Positions 41,601 through 50,200 of a DNA stretch of 64,000 nt are shown here, in pieces (positions within the stretch are counted from its first letter, which is position 1; every line of letters starts with the position of its first letter). A model generated the notes under the pieces. That model did no database searches. It was not told the origin of the DNA and saw nothing but the letters and a program-made list of their open reading frames with translations. A program made the translations under genes and the position numbers. The stretch comes from Heptranchias perlo (lineage: Eukaryota), in assembly GCF_035084215.1 (NCBI RefSeq), contig NC_090346.1, positions 38,626,001-38,690,000 of the forward strand. The letters are read 5' to 3'.

Positions 41601-43575
41601 ATGAATGTAATTAACCTATTTATCTGAATAAGATATCAGAAATCATGTAAGGCAATAACATTAGCCAACCAAATCACATTTCAAAATTACATATTTTTGC
41701 ACTACTTGCTGAGTTATACATATTAGCCATCCAATAACAGATATTTAGTCACCTGCTCACACATACCATCTTGGCCTGATTGAGTTTACCTATGAAGATG
41801 TTAATCTTACAGTTTTACTTATCAGGTACTTAGTAAAGCAATGATCTCCCCGAAAGTTTTTTGGGGAAAAAAAAATCTTAAAAACTTCAAAACTGAGTTT
41901 CATTAATTGACTGAAGAGCTCCCAGCCTAACACAAAGACATTTTTCACTGGATAAAGAGACACAAATAAAGTTGCTACCTTTTATCAAGTCCAAAACAGG
42001 ACAGAAGGCAGGGTTTGGGTACAGCTTAGAAAAATGTTTTAAAAATTCTATTGAGACAAATTACTTCAACTACTATGTAGTCATATTTCTCCCTCTGTTG
42101 CAGGATTTCCTGGCAACTATTTGTGCCTCTGTGCTTCTGACTCTATTCATCAATAATTCTATTATAGATTTTGCATTAAGTTTTCTACCCAGTTTTTGTA
42201 TTAGTTTCTATTGAGGCAATCCTTTGCTTTCCAGTTATTGTGCAAGGTTTTTTTTAAAAAACTTGTTTCTGTTTATCTATTTAGTTTGCTAATGTATCTG
42301 ACATCAGTAATGACATTAATTGTGGCTAGTTATTTAGAGACATTGGTTATATTTTATGTTTATTTCAATGCTGTCTCTCCAGCTCACATCTTGTCCAAGC
42401 TCCGGTGCCAAGGAGCTGGAAGAACTCCCTGTCTCTAAGAGCAGATTCCTGAACTAGACCAGAAGCCAAAACATAACAGCATTATGTTCCAGAACTTCTT
42501 GCATTACTAAACATGGTTCCAGCTTCAGCAACTTTATATTTCTCTTTGAAGTAACTGCTTGAATGCCTCCCACTAATCCTACTTCAGCCAGTCAATGTTG
42601 CAGCTCATCAAAAGCTGCTCACCCTGCAGCTCTTCATATTTTGCCATTAACTCCCAGGACCAGCTGTTCCTCTCCTTGTTGGCATTAATCTTCATTTCAA
42701 GGCCCTGGTGGTTTTCTGGTCAGAGAATAGTTCAAATTGATCTGGTTTTAATAATTTACTAAAAACGCAGCAAAAGCAACAACAACAAAAATCACTGAAA
42801 ACAAGGAATAAAAAAGTTTACTATATGGTTTACACAAAAAAGGACAACTTGCAGAAAACCATTATCCAGCCAAAAAAACAGACGGACGGCAACAATAGAG
42901 ACAGATTAGATTTCAGATCGAAAGATCTAACTTGAGCGTAAAAATAAATTTAAAACATAGTTGCTCTCTAAACTAATCACATTTTGCAAAATTAATTCTT
43001 TTTTCATATTAACGTATTTAAACAGTTCAAGAGGTACCAATCGCAGTGAGCAGTCAAGCTCCACTAACAATTCCTGTTAAAATAAATCACGAGGTTTGGT
43101 GTTCGATAAATTGTACAAAAGGGAAAGTAGTCCCACTACCTGTACAGTAAACATATGATTTTCTCGTTCTTATATAAATGAACAAGATTCTCAGGGTCAA
43201 TCATGGGACCTATTGTATTAGTCTCAACACACAACCACCATACTGCCCTTCCCCCTCCATTTTATTCGATTGACCCTCGACCATAAACCCGCTGTTTCCT
43301 TACGTTAGGCAACAGGTCACTACCGTTTCAGATACACCGCAACACCTTTATACGTTCCTTATTTCTGTTACTAACTCACCTTTCCGGGCCAGGGCGGATA
43401 TCTACCCAGCTTCCCCCTGAAAAAAAAATGCAAAAGAAAACCAGATTTAAAAGATACTCAGTGTCATTGCTTGGGGGGGGGAAACATTCCACACTGATCG
43501 CATAAAATCAGTACAACGAAAAGCTGCAGTCTCTTACCAGACCAAATCTCCCACCCGTAAACTCACTGTCGCCAT
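8557..43575 (-). CDS. GLYR1: GLYR1 (NPAC/NP60): PWWP + AT-hook + LSD2-binding linker + beta-hydroxyacid-dehydrogenase-like domain; 16 coding exons, 505 aa
   Basis: join(43538-43575,43380-43416,41044-41123,38001-38127,33954-34085,33469-33537,31396-31449,28496-28546,23583-23656,16798-16897,15804-15914,15490-15591,13637-13799,12659-12838,11190-11314,8557-8631); all introns GT-AG, phases consistent, 1518 nt open to TGA. Confidence 0.96.
9240..9815. mobile_element. GC-rich interspersed element, possibly non-autonomous DNA transposon-like
   Basis: Abrupt GC/CpG-rich block in intron 15 with recurring (g/a)attttaa(a)c motifs and a degenerate inverted end; family not determinable. Confidence 0.4.
11190..11314 (-). 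CDS. GLYR1: GLYR1 exon 15
   Basis: (S)[41 protein letters not shown]|GTAAGT. Confidence 0.95.
12659..12838 (-). CDS. GLYR1: GLYR1 exon 14
   Basis: (G)[26 protein letters not shown]...FLDQKCQ; CAG/GTAACT. Confidence 0.95.
13637..13799 (-). CDS. GLYR1: GLYR1 exon 13
   Basis: [16 protein letters not shown]...AMGKKSFYL; TAG/GTAGGT. Confidence 0.95.
14044..14246 (+). mobile_element. Probable solo LTR of an LTR retrotransposon
   Basis: Begins TGTTAA, ends TTAACCA, internal AATAAA at ~14171, flanked by 4-bp direct repeat GTGC (14040-14043, 14247-14250). Confidence 0.6.
14540..14762 (-). mobile_element. Old tRNA-derived SINE fragment
   Basis: Minus strand has A-box-like TGGCTCAAT and B-box-like GGTTTGATCC. 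Confidence 0.45.
15490..15591 (-). CDS. GLYR1: GLYR1 exon 12
   Basis: [34 protein letters not shown]; CAG/GTAATA. Confidence 0.95.
15804..15914 (-). CDS. GLYR1: GLYR1 exon 11
   Basis: [37 protein letters not shown]; CAG/GTAAGT. Confidence 0.95.
16340..16733 (-). mobile_element. tRNA-derived SINE (SacSINE1/DeuSINE-like)
   Basis: Head GCCTTGGCTCAGTGGCAGCACTCTTGCCTCTGAGTCAG plus central domain (gatcccatggcactatt); same family as 61348-61615. Confidence 0.75.
16798..16897 (-). CDS. GLYR1: GLYR1 exon 10 (Rossmann GxGxxG motif)
   Basis: [33 protein letters not shown]; CAG/GTTTGC. Confidence 0.95.
17969..19745 (-). mobile_element. Degenerate CR1 LINE (RT region to 3' end)
   Basis: CR1 3' tail at the left end and decayed RT-coding sequence parallel to 20309-21741. 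Confidence 0.8.
19850..19993 (+). mobile_element. CR1 3' end fragment
   Basis: ..gcatggactcgatggtccgaatggcctcctt..ttctatgattcta tail. Confidence 0.65.
20309..21741 (-). mobile_element. CR1 LINE, 5'-truncated, relatively young; frameshifted RT
   Basis: ORF pieces [66 protein letters not shown] and a ctatgattcta tail. Confidence 0.93.
22344..22463 (-). mobile_element. Short young non-LTR retroelement 3' fragment
   Basis: Poly-T (A-tail on -) next to CpG-retaining 120-bp GC-rich sequence. Confidence 0.6.
23583..23656 (-). CDS. GLYR1: GLYR1 exon 9
   Basis: [24 protein letters not shown](R); CAG/GTAAGG. Confidence 0.95.
24765..27090 (-). mobile_element. CR1 on - with internal deletions, inserted in the older CR1
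   Basis: 3' tail at 24765; RT and endonuclease remnants (ORFs 24917-25153, 26186-26551). Confidence 0.85.
25911..26252 (+). mobile_element. CR1 3' end inserted in opposite orientation inside the - strand CR1
   Basis: ORF 25933-26172 [32 protein letters not shown]; near-identical inverted copy of 24770-25109. Confidence 0.88.
28496..28546 (-). CDS. GLYR1: GLYR1 exon 8
   Basis: [17 protein letters not shown], 51 nt, phase 0/0; CAG/GTATGT. Confidence 0.85.
31396..31449 (-). CDS. GLYR1: GLYR1 exon 7 (LSD2/KDM1B-binding linker)
   Basis: [18 protein letters not shown]; CAG/GTAAGA. Confidence 0.95.
33469..33537 (-). CDS. GLYR1: GLYR1 exon 6
   Basis: [23 protein letters not shown]; AAG/GTGAGT. 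Confidence 0.88.
33954..34085 (-). CDS. GLYR1: GLYR1 exon 5 (AT-hook)
   Basis: [13 protein letters not shown]...[11 protein letters not shown]; TAG/GTTAGT. Confidence 0.9.
38001..38127 (-). CDS. GLYR1: GLYR1 exon 4 (PWWP C-terminal part)
   Basis: [42 protein letters not shown]; CAG/GTAAGG. Confidence 0.95.
39440..40480 (-). mobile_element. Degenerate L2-type LINE RT fragment
   Basis: ORF 39668-40114 begins [28 protein letters not shown], matching the L2 RT 'LLDLSAAFDTVDH' region; purine-rich + strand. Confidence 0.7.
41044..41123 (-). CDS. GLYR1: GLYR1 exon 3 (PWWP)
   Basis: [26 protein letters not shown](H); AAG/GTAAGT. Confidence 0.96.
43380..43416 (-). CDS. GLYR1: GLYR1 exon 2 (PWWP motif as PPWP)
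   Basis: [12 protein letters not shown]; CAG/GTGAGT. Confidence 0.96.
43538..43575 (-). CDS. GLYR1: GLYR1 coding exon 1
   Basis: AAGATGG Kozak; [12 protein letters not shown](W)|GTAAGA. Confidence 0.95.
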
Positions 43576-44029
43576 CTTACTCGCAAACCAACTCACCCAC
43601 AGCCCGCTGGGAGCAGTCAACCCACGGCCTCCCACGTGATCCTGGCACCGGTTAAAGGTCAATATCATCAATTAATCCTGATTTTTTTTTTTAAAAAATT
43701 ATATGCGAATACCTATTACAAGCTGAACTACCGTTAGTTACTTTAACAAAATAAATTCTTGGAAAGAAAAATTATGCGCGAGGCGTTTTCCGAAACGTAC
43801 CCTTACGGGGTGTCAGTGCGTGCGCGTGCGCACGGTGGGGCGCAGGTCGGGAAGATGGCGGCGGCCGAAGTTTGTGGGGTTTGTTTTTGTTGCCGTTGAA
43901 GCGATTGCGATTGTTCCAGACGCGTCCACCTCCAGCGGCAGGCAGGCAGGCGGGCGAGCGAGCGAGCGAGCGAGACTGGACGAGGAACAGTGACAGAAGC
44001 GAAAAGACTAAGCCTGCACGACACGGAAC
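43576..44029. promoter_or_regulatory. Bidirectional CpG-island promoter and 5' UTRs of GLYR1 and UBN1
   Basis: 454 bp between divergent ATGs; CACGTG E-box 43633-43638; NRF1-like TGCGCGTGCGCA 43821-43832; YY1-type AAGATGGCGGC 43852-43862. Confidence 0.85.
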
Positions 44030-44242
44030 ATGGCCGAACCGCGACGAGTGTCCCTGACTACGCTTCCCGTCTCGGCTCCTCTCCTAAAGAAAAATAAAGA
44101 GGAGGAGGACGAAGAGGAAGAGGTGGTGGTGGTGGAGGGGCAAATATCGGCCGTCACATCGCGCCACACGCTGGCTCTCTTTGAGTCGAGCGAGAAGAGT
44201 TGCCCCGAGTTTTATTACCCCGAGTTAATGCGAGTGCGGAAG
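44030..44242 (+). CDS. UBN1: UBN1 coding exon 1 (NHRD)
   Basis: [13 protein letters not shown]...[25 protein letters not shown]|GTAAGC. Confidence 0.92.
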
Positions 44243-47200
44243 GTAAGCAAGCCTTGCCGCTTCTTGACATTCGAGGCAGCAGAGTTGGGGTGAAAAGTAA
44301 CGGAGATGGGCTCAACCTGGAGACACCCCCCCCCCCCCCAGCCCAGCAACAGCTAATATGGAGACAATATATACATATATTTTAAGAAGTCAGTTACTTA
44401 GAGGTGGAAATTCTCTCTCGAGTTCTTCGATCGGTGCATAAAATTAGCTCATCTTTTTCTACTTAGTTGTTACGAGTTTACATCGACATGTTAATCCTGC
44501 TCAGTCAGTGTTCTCCTTTAGAGAGAGAGACAGATGGGAATAAACAGACCGATCTGGCTGACATGTGACCTAAATGGGAAGCCATAATTCAGTAGTCGTA
44601 CCCGTTTTGAGTTTTTTGAGCTCCCATTAATTCTTGATTTTGAGACTTGAAGCTGTATTTCAAACAGTGATCGGCATATAGAGCACTATTTAAATAGATT
44701 AGATAATAACTTTAATATTCTGCATTAACTATGCGTTATTTAAAATGCTGGGATCTCCTCGATCTTTGGTAGGCCCAATATCATAAAACTACATCAAAAG
44801 CAAAATACTGCGGATGCTGGAAATCTGAAATAAAACCAGAAAATGTTGGAGAAGCTCAGCAAGTGAGGCAGTATCTGTGGAGAAAGAATAGAGTTAACGT
44901 TTCAGGTCGAAGACCTTTCCTCAGACGACCTTTTTTCGTCAGTTCTGACGAAAGGTGTTCGACCTGAAACGTTAACTCTGTTCTTTCTCCATTTGCCTCA
45001 CTTGCTGAGCTTCTCCAGCATTTTCTGGTTTTATATCCTAAAACTACATTGTTTTAGTATTGCTTACATACTGATTTGAGTTATCATGAACAATTAAAAA
45101 ATCTGCAGTTCGATCTTGAATATAATATTTCTAAATTATTATCAAGCAACTATTGCTAAGTAATATGGGAAAACGAGGTTACAGCTTTAAGATATCCGTC
45201 CATACTTTTTTTAAAACTTAACGTACATATGCAATAGGAAAAAGTTTGACAGCCGGCAACTGATTAGTACTATCCATTTAGCCCTAGCTATATCAACAAA
45301 AATTTCTATTATTCAATTATTAGCTACAATTATAGAATAGCTTTAGCTGATTTTCCACTCAATTCTGAGCAGGCAAATGGATGCTCCCTATAACACCACG
45401 GTTTGGATGTTCTGAAATTCTTTCTGACGGTTGTTTTGTTAATTATCATTTTTAAATTTTACCATAACTGTTGGTGAAATGCATCCATTCAAAACAATAT
45501 GGATGTCAAATCCTTTTGCTCAACATAAAATACAGTTGGAATGGTAGGGTCTGGAAATTTCAATGCTGTCTTGTGTTCAAATCCTGTCTAAGTTGATGAG
45601 ATGAATCTGGCTGTAGGAATTACAAAATGGAATAAGTTTTGCCTACCTGAAACTAGTTTTCAGTGTGCTGTATAACCAAAGTATCAGAGGGAACAAAAGA
45701 TATCTGGTGTTGGAAATAGAGATGTCACACTGAGACAAGGGGCATGCTTCTGCGACGACATTTACACAATTTTGCTTTACAACGACAGTAAAATTGTAGT
45801 GGAAATCTAGAATCAAGCTTGATCTGACAGAAGCAAAGCAAAGCGAGACCTTCCTCTCGACCCAATCAGAGACTTCATCTTGGGAGTCTTGCTAAGCTTC
45901 ACACCAATGCTATAATTGTAATGTACGCGCAGCTTGAGGTTGGTGCCCACCCATCTTATTTGACTCAAGTAGAGTGAACTTCACTGTGCAAGTGACATGC
46001 TGTAGATGGCGAAGCAATGCAAACAATAGTATAGACTAATGCTATTTGCAGTGCAAAGTATTCAACCCTAAATATAACATTTTGCCCATAAAAAGATGTT
46101 AGAAAGTTTACTAGAAGTTGATATTAACATATAAAGGCATAGAATTGGTTGCAATGGTTGGGGGTGAAGAAATGTTGGTGCCTCCTCATTTTTGGTTCTT
46201 GCCCTGAATACTCTGGTTACAAGTCACACTAGTTAGAATCACACAGGTATTGAGAAAATAAGTGTAAATGCAAGATTTCCAAAATGATGAAGACATTTCT
46301 GCCCAAAGAGTGTAGCTGGGTGTATCACAATTCAAAAAAAGGAAAATCTAATAGCCTTTATCAGCTGCATAAACATAATATTTAAACAGTTTTTTTTCCT
46401 TCCAAAGTTACTCATACGCAATTTTTACAGAGTAAAAATAGAAACATTCATGACTCATCTTGGTATTATTTGGTGCAAGGCATAATGTCAAATATTTTAG
46501 AAATCAATATTCAGTATCTTGTCAATATAGTTGGGAGTATAATCAATAGTACAAGTTTTCATTCCTTCTATTAGGATTTCCTCCTTTTGTTAAATCTAAC
46601 TTCATTTAAGGGGAAGCTAGATAAACACTTGAGGGAGAAAGAAATAGTAGGATATGTTGATAGGATTAGATGAAGAAGGATGGGAGGAGGCTCGTGTGGA
46701 GCATAAACACTGGCATGGACCTGTTGAGCCGAATGGCCTGTTTCTATGCCGTACATTCTTTATAATTTTCTTCACCCGTCTGTAGTACTGCAACCCCCCG
46801 TTGAATGTTTAGGTTTAGATTAGCTTCTGTATTTTGTGATAAAAGGCCTTTTTTTAACATGTAACTTAAAAAGCGTATGTGATGCATGTGATTTGTAAGC
46901 AATATTTCACTCCTTAGTATCACTGCCACCAACTGTTGGCATTTGCAATCGAAGATGCTGATTAATTGCTGTTTTTTGCTGACAATCTGTGATTCTGCAT
47001 ATGTTGTGGATCTATAAATCTCAAAAAAACCTTGTCAAGCTAAAAGTTAAAAAATAAGTCAGGTTTACCATTATTTCAGGCAACTCTTCCAAGTACTGCA
47101 ATGCTTATTTCCTCTTTCATTGCAAAAAGTAAACTTTCTAAGGTACGTCACAATAAATCATGACTGCAGTGGTGACCCCAATTAGCTTTGCCTCACCTGA

Positions 47201-50200
47201 GTTACCACCATGAAATCGCATTTATAATTCACAGAACAAACTGTCTGTAATCACCAAGCATTGTTCTGTGAATTATAAATGCGATTTCATTTCGAGGATT
47301 TCATTTCCAACAACGTTCACCTGATGAAGGAGGAAGCCTCCGAAAGCTTGTGAATTTAAAATAAAATTGCTGGACTATAACTTGGTGTTGTAAAATTGTT
47401 TACAATTCATAATTTTAAACATTCCTAGCATGTTACACTATAATCTGCATTGTTCTAATGAAAAAAGACCCTTTCAACTTCCACAGCACTGAGCCTACTT
47501 CTATTCAGAGTATAATTAATGTTATTTTTTGAGCAAAGTACATCACCTCACACTTACTGACATTGAATTCCATCTGCCAGTTTTTAGACCATTTCCCCAA
47601 CCATTCAACCCTTTGCAGTTTCCTTTGGTCTTCTAAAGAATTAACTACACCTCCTATTTTGGTATCATCTGTAAATTTTGACACCACTCCCCATAGGCTG
47701 TTATCCAAATCATTGATATACACAGTGATCAGAAATGGCCCCAGAACTGAACCATCAGGAACATCACTACCAACTTCCAACCAGTCTGAAAAACTGCTCT
47801 TAACTCCTAGTCTCGATTTTCTCCCTTCTAACCAATTTTTAATCCGGTTTGCTATCCGCCCTCTAATTCCATGCCCATTAATCTTCTCTAGTAATGTCCT
47901 ATGTGGTACCCTGTCAAAGGCTTTTGTAAAGTCCATATATACTACATCCACTGCATTTCCCCCATCTATCATGTCTGTTACCTCCTCAAAGAATTCTGCG
48001 AGGTTTGTCAAGAACAATTGTCTATTTTGAAATCTGTGCTGGCTACTTCTAACTATTTTTTCTTTCTCTAGATATGAGGAGCTTTCATCCAACTTTTCTT
48101 GCCACAGATGTTAAACTAACTGGCTGTAATTACCCGGATTAGCTCTGTCTTTTCAAAAATGGGTGCTACATTGGACACGCTCCAGTCTTCCGTCACACAT
48201 CCACACTCAAAAGAATCCTGAAATATAATCTCATGGGCCTCGGCAGTTTCCTTCCTCAGCTCCTTTAGGATATATCACGTCAAGCCCTGGCGCTTTATCT
48301 TCTCTTAGCTTAACTAACTTATCTAAAATTTTTCTTCTATCCATCACAATATCGTTCATCTCGCTCTCAACCACTTCATGATTCACCTCCTCTTCTATAT
48401 CCTTCTGTTTAGTGAAGACTGATGCAAAGTACTTATTAAATACCTCTGCTACCTTTTGATCATCCTCTTCAGATTAATAATCCTCTCCTCTCAGGGGTCT
48501 CGCCTCGCTTTTAACAATTCTCGTTTACTGATATATTTGAAGGCCTTATTGAATGCACTGAATTGTGTCTGGTGGACTTGGTGGCAGTCACTAATACAGA
48601 TACATTCTGCAGGTGATTCACTGTAAAAACAAAACCAAATTAACGCTCATTGCTGGGGGAAAATATTGTACAATTGGCGTACTTTGACTTATTTGAATTA
48701 GTGGTAACTCCAATTAATTCTTAACAGGTAGCTAGCTGGAAGATCCTTGAATGCAACTCCAAAAGTGTCTACCTTAGATTGTATTTTTGTATTAAGTCTC
48801 TACCTGATATACAGAACAAAAACATTTTGATGGGGAATAATGTAGTGAAGTTGTCGGCCTTGAAATTAAATCATTTTTGTGGGTGCAGTAGAATGAAATG
48901 CTGCCAGGCAAAATTGTTTTAATTGAAGGGCTGACATCTGAAAGCACTTGTTCATTCACAGAATACAAATCTATTTTCATTTTGGAGATGTATTTGACAG
49001 AAAAATAATGGCAAACGGGCTTATGAATAGATGGGAGGCGAAAGGGGTTGAACCTATTGATCCCAGACTCATCAATATCATCCCAGCATACATTGAAGTA
49101 AGTGGCTAGTATTGCACATTCAGCTGAGTTGGCGCAGTTGACATAGAATTCCTGTTGCAAGGTCATTTACTGTAGTACCAGATCCAAACGTGTTAACAGC
49201 AGTTGTCTCATGCATAAGGTCACTTGGTGGATCGTCCTTCGAACTATTGCCAATATCAAAACATTTCCATCCTAGCTTCCCTACTGCAGATAAGTAACTG
49301 GATCTTATTAAAGTGCACATTTAATTCCTGTCAATTAATTTACAAGCATTTGTTAATAAGTTGGTGCAGTTGAACTCTGTGATCACTTTGTTTGGTGGAG
49401 ATGCAACTTACAACTTACCTGCAGTGTTAAATACTTTACTTATTTTTGTAGTCAAAAGTCCTGGTACATTTTTGATTTTCTGATTAAAAATAGGGGTTAT
49501 GTGGAGAATACAAAGTAGGTGTTTAGACATTTGATGCTGTATGGCCTCACGTAATTTTGCTTAGGATCAGTGTTAAATGTTGAAGTGAACATTTGAGATA
49601 TTCAAAAATAGCCGAAATTAATTTGAAGGGGAACTTTTTTTCCGCCTAGGTGTGTGGTTCCCTTCTATTCTTGGCTGTGCCCTTGCGGACCAAAGGAGTC
49701 AAAAATGTGATCTGTGTTTTATTTAATAAAAGTTCAGTTTTCCATCATTTGCAGTGTAACACTATGACAACATGAGCTCAAGTAATTCTTTTGTTTTTTT
49801 AATGTCAAATGTTGCAGTGATTTGAGCAGTGGTGTTTTGTGCTTCAGCATGTTGTGCCATATCTTTTTCCTCATGATCCCCTACATGATGAGTGACTGAT
49901 TTCACCTACATTGTTAGCAGAGGTACCAAGCAGAATGTTAGATAAACTCTGCTAACCTGGGAAATGCTGCTCACACAAGCAGAAGAACATCTAGCAAAAA
50001 TGGATTAATAGCTTTCCGTTTAGCCCCTTGTAGTCAAGAATCATTGAGTTTGCAGTGAGGGAAATTAGATGAAAATTTCATTATAAGCCAAGATTAGTTG
50101 TATCCTACAAAGGGTTTTTATCTCAGTTCTAAAGTTTGTGAATGTAAGTGTTCTTGTTTGGGAGAACAGGGCAGAATTTTGTATCTTTCTCAATGGTCGT

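Noticed and set aside
45560-45750. Possible LF-SINE-like ancient element
   Set aside because: Only a B-box-like gttcaaatcc and vague similarity; not supportable by eye
48792-49320. Two - strand ORFs (124 and 66 aa) in UBN1 intron 1
   Set aside because: No recognisable domain or splice context
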